From assembly GCA_023387735.1 (NCBI GenBank), contig JAEWHP010000001.1, positions 12,077-76,076 on the forward strand: 64,000 nt of DNA. Reading direction: 5' to 3'. Each line of letters opens with the position of its first letter. Position 1 is the stretch's first letter. Below the pieces are notes generated by a model. The model saw only the letters and a program-made list of their open reading frames with translations, was not told where the DNA came from and did not search any database. Position numbers and translations under genes: made by a program. Of this stretch, positions 1 through 10,072 are shown piece after piece. The DNA comes from Pseudomonadota bacterium (GTDB taxonomy: Bacteria > Pseudomonadota > Alphaproteobacteria > Rhizobiales > Xanthobacteraceae).

Positions 1-764
1 GCGGCCATCATCTGCTGGAACGCATGGTGGTGCATGGCCTCGAACGGCCGCGGCTCGCCGAAAGCGTCGCGTGCGGGATGCGCCGGATAGAGATGGGCGC
101 AGGGAACAAGCCCTTCGGGAATGGGCTCGGTTGCGGGATGGGTCCGCCCGCTTTTCAAAAGCTTTGGCAATACATGCGTATGTGGGCCCTCCGGGCTCTT
201 GCCCGATGGCGGCGGAATCGGCTGATAGACCTCGATGCGGCCGAGCCGGCTGATGAAGACGCGATGCGGATTGTCGGCGAGGATCATTTCCATCGCCGGG
301 TTGCCTGCTTCGAACACGGCACGTCCGGAGTGCTCGCGCAGCCGCGCGGCGAGGCTGCGATCGCCGATGCGGACGCAGAGATCCGCCTGCAGTGCGCCGA
401 GCCCGAGATCGAACAGGATGGACTCGCGATCCTCCTCGCGCGGCGCGTCGCGATCGGGGCCGATCTCCGTCAGCGCGGTGCGCCTGTTCATCGCGCAATC
501 ATCTTCAGGCAGGCAAAGCGCGACCCGCTGGTTCCAGCCGGTTCTGGTGATCCCCTCGGAGGCAAATGGCCGGCTGGAGGAATGAGGTTTGATGGCGATT
601 GCGCCGCGAGAGGTCACCGCCGAAACGGCATGGTCCGACCGGACGAGACGCACCGGCTCGTCGCGGTCTCGCGAGAACTCGGCGATGGCGCCGAAGGTGC
701 CGAGGCTCCACTGAGTATCCGGATTGGCGATTTCTCGCCGGAGCAGATCGATGGCTGCGGTCAT
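1..764 (-). CDS. Conserved hypothetical protein (DUF6925-like); 3' end runs off the window
   Basis: Absent from the ORF track because no stop falls in the window. ATG at 764 reads MTAAIDLLRREIANPDTQWSLGTFGAIAEFSRD...GPHTHVLPKLL...CAHLYPAHP, open to position 1. Family name is from recall. Confidence 0.75.
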   Translation of the reverse strand, partial: MTAAIDLLRREIANPDTQWSLGTFGAIAEFSRDRDEPVRLVRSDHAVSAVTSRGAIAIKPHSSSRPFASEGITRTGWNQRVALCLPEDDCAMNRRTALTEIGPDRDAPREEDRESILFDLGLGALQADLCVRIGDRSLAARLREHSGRAVFEAGNPAMEMILADNPHRVFISRLGRIEVYQPIPPPSGKSPEGPHTHVLPKLLKSGRTHPATEPIPEGLVPCAHLYPAHPARDAFGEPRPFEAMHHHAFQQMMA

Positions 765-889
765 CGCAGCCAGCGCGGCAGGATGGTTTCGGGCATGAAA
801 AAGTTCTCCCGGGCAATATGTCCGGGAGAATAGCGCGTCGTGCGATCAGGACAAGCCGGTCCGGCATCGAGCTGGACCGGCTATTTCGT

Positions 890-3121
890 TCAGAACGTCG
901 CGCCGGCCTTCACCATGTAGGTCCGTCCGGGCAGCGGATAGGCCGAGAAACGGCCGGGCGTGAATGTACTGGCGATCGCATAGTCGTAATACTGCGCATC
1001 GAACAGGTTGTTCGCGCTGATGGACCAGAAGAACCGATCGTAGGCGCCGCTCAGTTTCAGATCGACGGTGGCGGCTGCCGGGATGCGGCGCTGGGTGTTC
1101 GCCTGATCGTTGTCCATGATGCGCTCGCTCCAGGCCCGCACGGTGGCATCGAACACCAGGAAGTTCTGCCAGATGTTCCAGGTCACGCCGCCGCTTGCGG
1201 TGTAGTTCGACACCAGCGGCACGTCCTTGCCTTCGAACTCCCCTTCGCGAAACACCGCGCGGACGTAGGCCAGGCCGCCGCGCAGCAGCACGCTGTCGCT
1301 GACGCGCAGCGAGGCGCTGGTCTCGGAGCCGGTGCGGCGGGTCGGATCGAGATTGACGTTGTAGAACAGCGCGGGGATGAAATGGATCTCGTTCTCGAGG
1401 TCCATGTTGTAGATGCTCGATTGCATCTGGAATGCGCCGGCCTTGACGCGGAAGCCGCCCTCGATGTCGTGCGAGGTCTGGGTCTTCAACTGGAAGGTTC
1501 CCGGAATGAAGAAAGGGCCGGTCGAGACGCGTTCCTCGACATTCGGCGTGCGGAATGCGTGCGCGGCGCGGCCGAATACCGAGAACACGTTGTTGAAACG
1601 ATGTTCGAGACCCACATGCAGCGCATAGTTGGTTTCGCTGCTGTCGAGCGGGAGTGATTCGAGACCGAAGGCCCCAGGTGCGTTGAGATCCAGGCGATCG
1701 CGCGCGCTCAACCACGTGTTCTGAACCCGGGCTCCATAGGAGAAGTCGGTGGTGGGCAACAGGCCGATCGTATGTTGCCAGTAGCCGGCCAGCGATTGCT
1801 GCGACAGGTCGTAGACGTGGACCGGCTGCGCGCCCTTGAACAGCGGCCGGTCCGAATTGTAGGTGGCGTCGTAGTAATCGATACCGGTCAGGATCTGCGA
1901 CGGCACGCCGAACAGCGAGTTCTTGATGCTCAGGCGCGGCGTGATCGACCACGTCTGAAGATGGCTGTCGACGTAGTTGAAGGGAATGGTCGGAAGCGTG
2001 CCGAAGAAGCCGCCCTGTTGCTTCTTGTCGCGCACGCCGCCATCCACGATCAGGTCGACGCCATCGATGATGGTCTTGGTGAAACCGGCGGTCGCGCTGG
2101 CACCCTGCTGGTTGCCATAGTCGAACGGTGTGTTGGTGCCCTGGCGCTTGGTTACGAGTTGATCGAGCCCGATCGAGGGGTCGACCGTGCGCCCGCCGGG
2201 GAAGCCGAGCTTCTGGTCGTCCCCGGTGACGGTGAGGAATGCCTTGAGGTCGGGCGTCGTGTAGTTGAGGTTGCCGACGCCGTTCTTCTGGTCGAGCGCG
2301 TTGTTGTCGCGATAACCATCGGACTTGATGGCGTTGCCGTAGAACGAGGTCGACCACGGGCCGTAATTGGTCGCTGCCGAGATGTTGGCAAGGCGCGTGT
2401 TGAACGAGCCGACACCGGCCTCGGCACGGAACGCCGCCGGCGGGCCGCCGACGCCGCTTTTCAGAACGATGTTGATGACGCCGCCAATCGCGTTGTCGCC
2501 GTAGAGCACCGCGCCGCTATTGCCGCGGGTGATTTCGACGCGTTCGATCGACTGAAGCGGAATGGTCGACAGGTCGACCTGCGCCATGTCGACGTCGTTG
2601 AGCCGGCGGCCGTTTACCAGGATCAGCGTATTCGATGTCGCGAAGGCGCCGAAGCCGCGCAGGTCGACGGAAGTCTTCGCGCCATTCGCCGTGACGCCAT
2701 ACAGCGAGGTGAGCTGCACGCCGGGTACTTGCGCGAGAATGTCGGGGAGGTTGTTCGACGGCGAGCGGGCGATGTCTTCCGCCGTGATCACGCTGGAGGA
2801 GGTGCCGACAATGCCGTTGAACTGCCGCCCGCCGGTGCTGGTGCCGTTCCCGTCAGCGGTACCGGGGCTTGTGCCCTCGGAGGTTCCGGTGCCGGCGCCG
2901 CGCGAAGGCCGGGCCGTGCGCGCCGGACGCGTGGTGCCGCTGCCGTCGCCATCCAGCGGCCGGGCGCGGGTCTTGTTCGGATCGGTCGGCGGGCTGACCT
3001 CGACCGGGGGCAGGGTTGTTGGCGGCGTTTGCGCCGAAGCGAGCGAACCACTCAGCGCAAGGATGCTGGTGGCCAGCAGGAGCACGCTGTGCCGCTTCGC
3101 GGTTTCGATGTTGGAAGACAT
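890..3121 (-). CDS. btuB: TonB-dependent receptor, probable cobalamin uptake
   Basis: Signal peptide, plug motifs (LRGFG...LILVNGRR, IERVEITRGNSGAVLYG) and C-terminal Phe. Lies directly downstream of a cobalamin riboswitch. Start moved to the ATG at 3121 because the longer ORF runs through the riboswitch. Confidence 0.9.
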   Translation of the reverse strand: MSSNIETAKRHSVLLLATSILALSGSLASAQTPPTTLPPVEVSPPTDPNKTRARPLDGDGSGTTRPARTARPSRGAGTGTSEGTSPGTADGNGTSTGGRQFNGIVGTSSSVITAEDIARSPSNNLPDILAQVPGVQLTSLYGVTANGAKTSVDLRGFGAFATSNTLILVNGRRLNDVDMAQVDLSTIPLQSIERVEITRGNSGAVLYGDNAIGGVINIVLKSGVGGPPAAFRAEAGVGSFNTRLANISAATNYGPWSTSFYGNAIKSDGYRDNNALDQKNGVGNLNYTTPDLKAFLTVTGDDQKLGFPGGRTVDPSIGLDQLVTKRQGTNTPFDYGNQQGASATAGFTKTIIDGVDLIVDGGVRDKKQQGGFFGTLPTIPFNYVDSHLQTWSITPRLSIKNSLFGVPSQILTGIDYYDATYNSDRPLFKGAQPVHVYDLSQQSLAGYWQHTIGLLPTTDFSYGARVQNTWLSARDRLDLNAPGAFGLESLPLDSSETNYALHVGLEHRFNNVFSVFGRAAHAFRTPNVEERVSTGPFFIPGTFQLKTQTSHDIEGGFRVKAGAFQMQSSIYNMDLENEIHFIPALFYNVNLDPTRRTGSETSASLRVSDSVLLRGGLAYVRAVFREGEFEGKDVPLVSNYTASGGVTWNIWQNFLVFDATVRAWSERIMDNDQANTQRRIPAAATVDLKLSGAYDRFFWSISANNLFDAQYYDYAIASTFTPGRFSAYPLPGRTYMVKAGATF

Positions 3122-3247
3122 GGTACTGGGCCTCGGTATGACGTAGTGGCACGTCACAGCGAACCAAGTCTCACCGTCGCACTTGCGCGCACCCAGTGAA
3201 GCTAATGTCTGTACTCCCCGACCGACATCTTCGCGTGTGACCACGGT

Positions 3248-3425
3248 TGACGGCAGGTCTCCTGGCTCGCGGGTCGTTACCCTTCGTCGCCTTCCCAGGA
3301 CCGAGATTCCCAGTGGCGTATGACGAAAGATTCGCCGCTTACAGTTGCGGGGGCAGCCGCGGAATTGGGGAAGTGTCCCCGCACCGCATTCCCTTTTGAT
3401 CCCCAAAACGGGAACCGTCGGGATT
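3248..3425 (-). ncRNA. Cobalamin (B12) riboswitch
   Basis: The minus strand carries the conserved blocks in order: GGTTCCC, AAAAGGGAATGCGGTG, CTGCCCCCGCAACTGTAA, GCCACTG, GGGAAGG and the B12 box GAGCCAGGAGACCTGCC. Confidence 0.95.
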
Positions 3426-3569
3426 TATGGTTGAACTTTGTCAGAGTCGGAGTCAATCCCGCCCTGAGACGCCTGCGATCCTCACTGGACGAGTGCGCCA
3501 TTTTTGCCGCATGAGCAGTGGTGCCCGGACGCATGTACCGGTGCGGGCAACGCCGTTCGAGGACGATTG

Positions 3570-4613
3570 ATGAGTGTTCAGGCCGTTACCGTGACCAACG
3601 AGAGCGCTGCGCGCCGCCGGATCGGGGCCGTGGCGGCGCTTTCGGCGCTCGTGGCGCTGCTGGTGCTGATCTCGCTCGGCATCGGGCCGGTGCGGTTGTC
3701 GCCGCTGACGGTCCTGCAAGCCCTGTTCGGCGGCGGCAGCGAGGTGTCGCAGATCATCGTGCGGGAAATCCGCCTGCCGCGGACGCTGCTGGCGCTGGCG
3801 ATCGGCGCCATTCTCGGCCTGTCGGGTGCCGCGCTGCAGGGGCTGCTGCGCAATCCGCTGGCCTCGCCGTCGCTGTTCGGCGCGCCGCAATCGGCGGCCT
3901 TCGGTGCGGTGCTGGTGATCGCGCTGGGCCTTGCGGATGTGCGCTCCTATGCGCTGCCGGTGGCGGCGATCATCGCCGCATTCGGCTCCGTATTCGTGCT
4001 GCTGACGATCGCCGGCCGCAACGCCGGCCTCTTGATCCTGATCCTGTCCGGCCTTGCGATCTCGAGCTTTGCGGGCGCCGCCACCGCGCTGGTGATGAAC
4101 CTCTCCAGCAATCCCTTCGTGGTGCTGGAGATCGCATTCTGGCTGCTCGGCTCGCTGGAGGACCGCAGCTTCCAGCATGTGATGCTGGCGTTTCCCTTCA
4201 TCATCGCCGGCGGGGTCATGCTGCTCAGCCAGCGCGATGCCTTTCGCGCGCTGAGCCTGGGCGAGGAAACCGCGCAGAGTCTCGGCGTCGATGTCGGGCG
4301 ATTGCGGCTGTTCGTGATCTCTGGCGTCGCGCTCGGCGTCGGCGGTGCGGTCGCTGTGACCGGCACTATCGGCTTCATTGGTCTGGTTGCGCCGCATCTG
4401 ATGCGGCCGCTGATCGGGCACGATCCGGGGCGGCTGTTGGTGCCGAGCGCGCTGGCCGGTTCGGCCCTGCTGCTGGCGGCCGATATCGCCGTCCGCATCA
4501 TTCCCTCGACATCGGACATCAAGGTTGGCGTGCTGACCTCGATCATCGGCGTGCCGTTCTTCCTCTATCTGATCATGCGCGAACGCCGCGCACTGGGTGG
4601 AGGCGTCGCATGA
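3570..4613 (+). CDS. btuC: FecCD/BtuC-family ABC permease
   Basis: IRLPRTLLA, LQGLLRNPLASP and GTIGFIGLVAPH motifs; adjacent to the B12 locus. Confidence 0.85.
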   Translation: MSVQAVTVTNESAARRRIGAVAALSALVALLVLISLGIGPVRLSPLTVLQALFGGGSEVSQIIVREIRLPRTLLALAIGAILGLSGAALQGLLRNPLASPSLFGAPQSAAFGAVLVIALGLADVRSYALPVAAIIAAFGSVFVLLTIAGRNAGLLILILSGLAISSFAGAATALVMNLSSNPFVVLEIAFWLLGSLEDRSFQHVMLAFPFIIAGGVMLLSQRDAFRALSLGEETAQSLGVDVGRLRLFVISGVALGVGGAVAVTGTIGFIGLVAPHLMRPLIGHDPGRLLVPSALAGSALLLAADIAVRIIPSTSDIKVGVLTSIIGVPFFLYLIMRERRALGGGVA

Positions 4614-5392
4614 GTGAGGTCGCTCTGCTGAAAGCACGGAACCTTGGCGTCACGCTGTCCGACCGCGTGGTGCTGAAGGATGTCTCGCTGGCGCTGTCGG
4701 CGGGCCATCTGGTGGCGCTGGTCGGGCCGAACGGCGCAGGCAAGACCACGCTGCTGCGGTCGCTGGCCGGCCTGATCCCGTCCGACGGCAAAATCGAGAT
4801 CGGCGGCGAGGCGCTGTCAGCGCTGCCACTAAGCGAGCGCGCAAAGCGCTTCGGCTATCTGCCGCAGGGGCATGTCGTGCACTGGCCGCTGCCGGCGCGC
4901 GATATCGTGGCGCTCGGCCGCTACCCGCATGGCGCGACCGATCCGGCGCGGCTGTCGCCGAAAGATGTCGAGGCGGTGCAGCGCGCGATGCAGGCGGTGG
5001 ACGTCACGCAATTCAGCGAGCGCCGCGTCACCGAACTGTCGGGCGGCGAGCGCAGCCGCGTCGCGCTGGCCCGCGTGCTGGCGGTGGAGGCGCCGGTCAT
5101 TTTAGCGGACGAGCCGACCGCCTCGCTCGACCCGCGGCACCAGATCGACGTCATGAAGAACCTTCGCACCACCGCCGACAGCGGCGTGCTGGTCATCGTG
5201 GTGACGCACGATCTCGGGCTTGCCGCGCGATTTGCCGATCACGTTCTGGTGCTGCGGGAAGGCCGGCTGGTGTCGCAGGGCGCACCGATGGTGGCGCTAT
5301 CCGAACAGGTGATGGCGGACGTGTTCCGCATCCGCGCCTACCGCGCGGAATATCAGCGCGAAGCCGTGATCGTGCCGTGGGCGGATCTCTGA
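4610..5392 (+). CDS. btuD: ABC ATP-binding protein (BtuD/FepC type)
   Basis: GPNGAGKT, LSGGE and ILADEPT motifs; ATGA overlap with the permease stop. Confidence 0.85.
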   Translation: MSEVALLKARNLGVTLSDRVVLKDVSLALSAGHLVALVGPNGAGKTTLLRSLAGLIPSDGKIEIGGEALSALPLSERAKRFGYLPQGHVVHWPLPARDIVALGRYPHGATDPARLSPKDVEAVQRAMQAVDVTQFSERRVTELSGGERSRVALARVLAVEAPVILADEPTASLDPRHQIDVMKNLRTTADSGVLVIVVTHDLGLAARFADHVLVLREGRLVSQGAPMVALSEQVMADVFRIRAYRAEYQREAVIVPWADL

Positions 5393-6228
5393 TGCGGTGG
5401 TGGTTCGCAGCCCTGGTCGCGGTTGCGCTGGCGCTGCCGGCCATTACGGCGCGCGCCGCGGGCCTGCCGCGCATGGTGTCGATGAACGTCTGCACCGATC
5501 AGTTGCTGCTGACGCTGGCCGATCCCGGGCAGATCATCGGCTTGAGCCGGTTCTCGCGCGACGGCTGGCAATCGATGTCTGCCAACGACATGAAGCGCTT
5601 TCCGGTGCTGTCCGGCGGGGCCGAGGATGTGCTGCTTGCCAAACCCGACATCGTCGTTGCCAGCCTGTTCGACAAGCGTGCGACGCGGGAACTGCTGAAG
5701 GCCAAGGGGCTTCATCTGGCCGAACTCGCCGTGCCGCGGACGCTCGCCGAAGCGCGGGCGCAGATCCGCGAGGCCGGCGACATCACCGGGCACCCCGACC
5801 GCGCCGCCGCGGAAATCGCGCGGCTCGACGCGGCGCTGGCGCGGGCGAAGGCCGCAGCTAGCGAGCGGCATTACCGCGTGCTGCCGCTGTCACGGCGCGG
5901 CTGGGTCGCAGGCAGCGACAGTTTTGTCGGCTCGATGCTCACCGAAACCGGCCTGCTCAATGCCGCCGGCGATCTGGGATTTACCTTCGGCGGATTTGCC
6001 TCGCTGGAGGCTATCGTCAGCCTGCGGCCGGACTTCATCGTGGTCGCTCAGGCCGGCAATCACGCCAGCGATGACGGCCAGGCGTTCCTGTTGCATCCGG
6101 CGCTGGAGCGGTTCTATCCGCCGGCGAAGCGCATCGTGATTCCGGAGCGCATGACCGAATGCGGCGGCGTGATGCTGGCAGATGCGCTGGACGCGCTGAC
6201 GGCGGAATTGAGGCGGGTGGGGAAGTAG
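5392..6228 (+). CDS. btuF: Periplasmic cobalamin/iron-chelate binding protein
   Basis: Signal peptide; RMVSMNVCTDQLLL and KPDIVV motifs; TGATG overlap. Confidence 0.85.
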   Translation: MRWWFAALVAVALALPAITARAAGLPRMVSMNVCTDQLLLTLADPGQIIGLSRFSRDGWQSMSANDMKRFPVLSGGAEDVLLAKPDIVVASLFDKRATRELLKAKGLHLAELAVPRTLAEARAQIREAGDITGHPDRAAAEIARLDAALARAKAAASERHYRVLPLSRRGWVAGSDSFVGSMLTETGLLNAAGDLGFTFGGFASLEAIVSLRPDFIVVAQAGNHASDDGQAFLLHPALERFYPPAKRIVIPERMTECGGVMLADALDALTAELRRVGK

Positions 6229-6232
6229 ATTC

Positions 6233-6310
6233 GTAGCCCGGATGCAGCGAAGCGCAATCCGGGATTCTTTCTGCTGCGCCCCGGATTTCGCTTCGCTTCA
6301 TCCGGGCTAC
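6233..6310. repeat. REP-like palindromic element (GTAGCCCGGATG...CATCCGGGCTAC family)
   Basis: Perfect 12-bp terminal inverted repeat with internal hairpins, lying between convergent genes. Confidence 0.85.
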
Positions 6311-6318
6311 AACGCGCG

Positions 6319-7359
6319 CTACCCGTGGACCACCGGTCCGCCGACCTTCTTCCACGCATCGATGCCGCCTTCGATATGCGCGGTGTTGGCAAGGCCTGCG
6401 CTCTTCGCGGCGGCCACGGCCATCGCCGAGCGTTCGCCGAAGGCGCAGAAGAACACCACGCGGCGACCGGTGGCGGCGGCGACTTCGCGCAGCATGCCGC
6501 CGGGCTGCAGGTTTTCGCCGATCGAGGCATAAGGCGCATGCAGCGCGCCCGAGATCGTGCCGTGCTTTGAGCGTTCGCTGTTCTCGCGCAGGTCGACCAG
6601 CAGGATGTCGGGCCGGCCGAGGCTCGCGATCGCGTCGCGCGCGGTCAGCGCCAGGCCCTGCTTGGCGAGTTCTTCCTGGTGCAGGCCGACATGCATGTTG
6701 GCGGGGACGGCCACGTCCATCATCTTCGGGTTCGGCAGCTTCAGATTGGCCATCAGCTCGATGTATTCGTCGACGTTGCGCACCTGCAGCCGCGGATTAT
6801 AGCGCCGCTCCTCGCCGATGGTGGAAACCGTGTCGCCCTTGTAGTCGTGGGCGGGGTAGACCATGGTCTCATCAGGCAGTTTCAAGAGGCGATTGAAGAT
6901 CGACTCATATTGTGCGCGGGAAGAACCGTTCTGGAAGTCGGTGCGGCCGGTGCCGCGGATCAGCAGCGTGTCGCCGGTGAAGACGCGGTCGCCCATCAGA
7001 TAGCTGTAGGAATCGTCGGTATGGCCGGGCGTGTACATGACGTCGAGGCTGAGCCCCTCGATCATCACCTTGTCGCCGTCGGAGACCCGCATCGACACTA
7101 CGTCGGCCTTGCTCTGTTCGCCCATGATGGTGATGCACTGGGTGCGGTCGCGAAGTTCGCCGAGGCCGGTGACGTGATCGGCGTGCAGATGGGTATCGAC
7201 CGCCTTGACCAGCCGCAGGTCGAGCTCGCGCAGCAACTGACAATAGCGGTCGGCCTTTTCCAGCACGGGATCGAGGATCAACGCCTCGCCGCCGGCGCGG
7301 CTCGCCAGCAGATAGCTGTAGGTCCCGGAGACACTGTCGAAGAGCTGACGAAAGATCAT
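6319..7359 (-). CDS. Persulfide dioxygenase (ETHE1-like MBL fold) fused to a rhodanese domain
   Basis: THLHADH, TPGHT, FTGDTLLIRGTGRTDFQ and YPAHDY motifs; C-terminal rhodanese with a CAFGERS loop. Confidence 0.9.
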   Translation of the reverse strand: MIFRQLFDSVSGTYSYLLASRAGGEALILDPVLEKADRYCQLLRELDLRLVKAVDTHLHADHVTGLGELRDRTQCITIMGEQSKADVVSMRVSDGDKVMIEGLSLDVMYTPGHTDDSYSYLMGDRVFTGDTLLIRGTGRTDFQNGSSRAQYESIFNRLLKLPDETMVYPAHDYKGDTVSTIGEERRYNPRLQVRNVDEYIELMANLKLPNPKMMDVAVPANMHVGLHQEELAKQGLALTARDAIASLGRPDILLVDLRENSERSKHGTISGALHAPYASIGENLQPGGMLREVAAATGRRVVFFCAFGERSAMAVAAAKSAGLANTAHIEGGIDAWKKVGGPVVHG

Positions 7360-7470
7360 GGTCAATATGCCTGCCGCATGTTCCTGCCTGACAATATCAT
7401 AATACGACTGGATATGCCGCCCGTCTCGATTCTCACGTCATTGCGAGCCGCTACAATGACGGCGGCGCAG

Positions 7471-7926
7471 TCACGGCCGCACCAGCGTGTATCCATTCTC
7501 GGTCAAAAACAGGATCTGCGCGACGCCGACCTGCACCGGTGTTGCAGCTGCAATGAACTCCGGCCGCTTGCCGGCCTCGCGCTCGATCGTATCGACGGTG
7601 TTGAGGCAGAGATCGACCCGCGCGCCTTGCGCCACCAGGCTCTCGACCGCCTTGCGGTTGGGGTTTTCCGGACGCAGCAGGTCGATGCCCGGGCCGAACG
7701 TCACGATCTCGACCGCGACCTTTTCGGGGTCGTAGAATTTCATCAGATTGTTGGCGACGCTGATCACCAGCCCCTGCTTGCGCGGATCGTTGTCGGACAG
7801 CTGCAGCACGATTCTGTGCTCGGCGAATGGCTTGTCCTGCAGCGGCACCTGCTGGGCGCGCGCGGCGGTTGCGATCAGCAGCAATGTCGCCGCCATGACG
7901 CGAAGGATGATCGAAAAATCCCTCAT
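7471..7926 (-). CDS. Periplasmic DsrE-family protein
   Basis: Signal peptide; VEIVTFGPGIDLL, LCLNT and GYTLVRP motifs; overlaps the soxB stop. Confidence 0.8.
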   Translation of the reverse strand: MRDFSIILRVMAATLLLIATAARAQQVPLQDKPFAEHRIVLQLSDNDPRKQGLVISVANNLMKFYDPEKVAVEIVTFGPGIDLLRPENPNRKAVESLVAQGARVDLCLNTVDTIEREAGKRPEFIAAATPVQVGVAQILFLTENGYTLVRP

Positions 7927-9671
7927 CCCAGTCCCGCAATGCCGGGGTTGTCCTCAACGCCCTTCAGCGTGACGCCCGGCGCCGACCGGTTGGGCGGCTT
8001 GCCCGATTTCAGATGTTTGACGACCACGTCCCAGATCGGCGCGCCGGTCTGCTCGTTGACCGAAGCCCACCCAGCCACCTTGTAGCTCTTGTTGGCCTGC
8101 AGCGCGTGGCCATTGTCGAGCTTCACGCTGGAAATCCGCTTGCCGACGGTCTCGTCCGGCGTGCAGGTGTAGGACAGGCCGCCGACGCGAACCATATCGC
8201 CGCCCTGCTGGTAATAGGGATCGGTGTTGAAGAGGTTGTCGCAGACGTCTTCCAGCACGTCCTTGATCTGGCCGCCGGTCATGTTCTGCACATAGGTCTG
8301 CGGATAGGTGACGGCGGTTTGCGCCAGCACGTCCTCCATCGTCAGCGGCTGGCCCGCCAGCGCCGTCGTGCCCCAGCGGAATCCGGGCGACAGCGCGATC
8401 TCGGCGTTCAGCTCGCCCAGCAGCGCGTCGCAGATCAGCTGGTCCATGCTGCCACTGAAATTGCCGCGGCGATACAGCAGGCGGTCGGCGACGCCGACCT
8501 TCTCGCCGAACGCCGCGGCGTGCGGCTCGCGGATCTTGTCGATCAGCGTCTGCATGGCGGGATCGGGCTTCAACAGTTCGGAAAACACAGGGAGCAGCCG
8601 GTAGCGCACATTGGCGACCTTGCCCTTGGCCAGTTCGAGATCGAGCACGCCGAGAAACTTGCCGTTCGAGCCGGCATTGGTGACGAGCGTGACGCCGCCC
8701 GCATTGGTGATCGCAATCGGCTGCGGCACGGCATCATGGGTATGGCCGCCGAGGATGACGTCGATGCCGGTGACGCGGCTTGCGAGCTTCAGGTCGACAT
8801 CCATGCCGTTATGCGACAGCAGGATGACGGCATCGACCTTGTCGTTGCTGCGATGCGCATCGATGAGCTTCTGCAGTTCCTCGTCGCGGATGCCGAATTT
8901 CCAGTCCGGCGTAAAGCGTTTGGGATGGGCGATCGGCACGTATGGAAACGCTTGTCCGATCACGGCGATGCGATAGCCGCCGACTTCCTTGATGACCGAC
9001 GGCTTGAACACGCGCCCCGAGGCCGGGTCGAACGCCTTGGCGTCGTTGAACGCGGCTTCCTCGGTGAGGAAGACGTTCTGCGCCAGGAATTCGCCCTTGA
9101 AGCGTTCGAGGTTGGCGCGCAGTACCTTCTCGCCGTAGGTAAATTCCCAATGGCCGGTCATCGCCTCGATGCCAAGCAAATTGGCGGCATCGACCATGTC
9201 GGCGCCCTGCAGCGTGTTGGCCAGGCCCGTTCCCTGCCAGAGGTCGCCGCCGTCGAGCAGCAGCGAACGGCCGTTTCCGACGTCGCTGCGGAGGCGGTCG
9301 ACCAGCGTCTTCAGGTGCGCGAAGCCACCCAGCTTGCCGAACCGTCCGGCGGCTTTTTCAAACTCGATGTAGGTGAAAGCGTAGGCGTCGGCGCTGTCGG
9401 GGCGAATGCCGAACCGATCGAGGAAAGCCTTTCCGACCAGATGCGGCGGGTTTCCGCGCATTGAGCCGACGCCGAGATTGACGCTCGGCTCGCGAAAGAA
9501 CACAGGCTTCAGCTGCGCATGCGTATCGGTCATGTGCAGGATGCGGGCATTGCCGAAGCGCTCGAGATCGTACGCGCCAGCATTGTCGGCGGCTCGCGCC
9601 AGCCGGGGCAGGCCGCCCGACAGCGTGGCGGCGCCTGCAAGTGTCAGGAAATCCCGGCGGCGGATGGTCAT
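7923..9671 (-). CDS. soxB: Thiosulfohydrolase SoxB
   Basis: Tat motif RRRDFL; HMTDTHAQL, LDGGDLWQG, GHWEFT, LSHNG, GGHTHD and DPYYQQGGDMVR motifs. Confidence 0.95.
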   Translation of the reverse strand: MTIRRRDFLTLAGAATLSGGLPRLARAADNAGAYDLERFGNARILHMTDTHAQLKPVFFREPSVNLGVGSMRGNPPHLVGKAFLDRFGIRPDSADAYAFTYIEFEKAAGRFGKLGGFAHLKTLVDRLRSDVGNGRSLLLDGGDLWQGTGLANTLQGADMVDAANLLGIEAMTGHWEFTYGEKVLRANLERFKGEFLAQNVFLTEEAAFNDAKAFDPASGRVFKPSVIKEVGGYRIAVIGQAFPYVPIAHPKRFTPDWKFGIRDEELQKLIDAHRSNDKVDAVILLSHNGMDVDLKLASRVTGIDVILGGHTHDAVPQPIAITNAGGVTLVTNAGSNGKFLGVLDLELAKGKVANVRYRLLPVFSELLKPDPAMQTLIDKIREPHAAAFGEKVGVADRLLYRRGNFSGSMDQLICDALLGELNAEIALSPGFRWGTTALAGQPLTMEDVLAQTAVTYPQTYVQNMTGGQIKDVLEDVCDNLFNTDPYYQQGGDMVRVGGLSYTCTPDETVGKRISSVKLDNGHALQANKSYKVAGWASVNEQTGAPIWDVVVKHLKSGKPPNRSAPGVTLKGVEDNPGIAGLG

Positions 9672-9688
9672 GCGGTTCTCCGCGCGTC

Positions 9689-9758
9689 GTAGCGGCTTCT
9701 GCCTTGTAGCATGATCTCGGCGGAAAACCGGATTACCCTTTTCCGGATCATGCCCTAG
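9689..9758. repeat. ~70-bp MITE-like palindrome (GCATGATC...CCGG...GATCATGC family) starting at the soxK stop
   Basis: GCATGATC and GATCATGC inverted arms around GGAAAACCGG...TTTTCC; bounded by CTAG and GTAG. Confidence 0.7.
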
Positions 9759-10072
9759 CGAATTTCCATATCCTTCCAGCGGGTCTTCTCGCTGGTGGCC
9801 TGGAAGATCGAGGCCTTGGCCAGCGCTTCGGCTTCCTTCGCCGAGGCGGTGGCCTTGTCGAATTCGCCGGCATCGGCCGCCTTCTTTGCGGCTGCCAGCG
9901 TCGAGGCCGTGGTGGTCCACTGGTTGCGCAGCTTGCCGGCTTCCTTGTTGGCGGCATCAGCCGCGGCGTAGGCGGCCCTGAACTCCTCCTCGGAACCGGC
10001 GGCGAGCGCAGATGTCACGCCCGTGGCAAGCAGTACGACAACCAACGTGGACTTGAACATCCTGTTCCTCAT
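9755..10072 (-). CDS. soxK: SoxK-like SoxAX-binding protein
   Basis: Small Ala-rich secreted protein with a QWTTT motif, located between soxA and soxB. Confidence 0.7.
   Translation of the reverse strand: MRNRMFKSTLVVVLLATGVTSALAAGSEEEFRAAYAAADAANKEAGKLRNQWTTTASTLAAAKKAADAGEFDKATASAKEAEALAKASIFQATSEKTRWKDMEIR

Noticed and set aside
24..833. 269-aa plus-strand ORF
   Set aside because: The minus-strand frame from 764 is the protein-like one; this is its shadow.
2830..3000. Gly/Thr/Pro-rich low-complexity segment in the TonB receptor
   Set aside because: A disordered N-terminal linker of the kind common in rhizobial TonB receptors; no nucleotide-level repeat unit.
3122..3406. 95-aa N-terminal extension of the TonB receptor
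   Set aside because: Runs through the riboswitch; the signal peptide starts at 3121.
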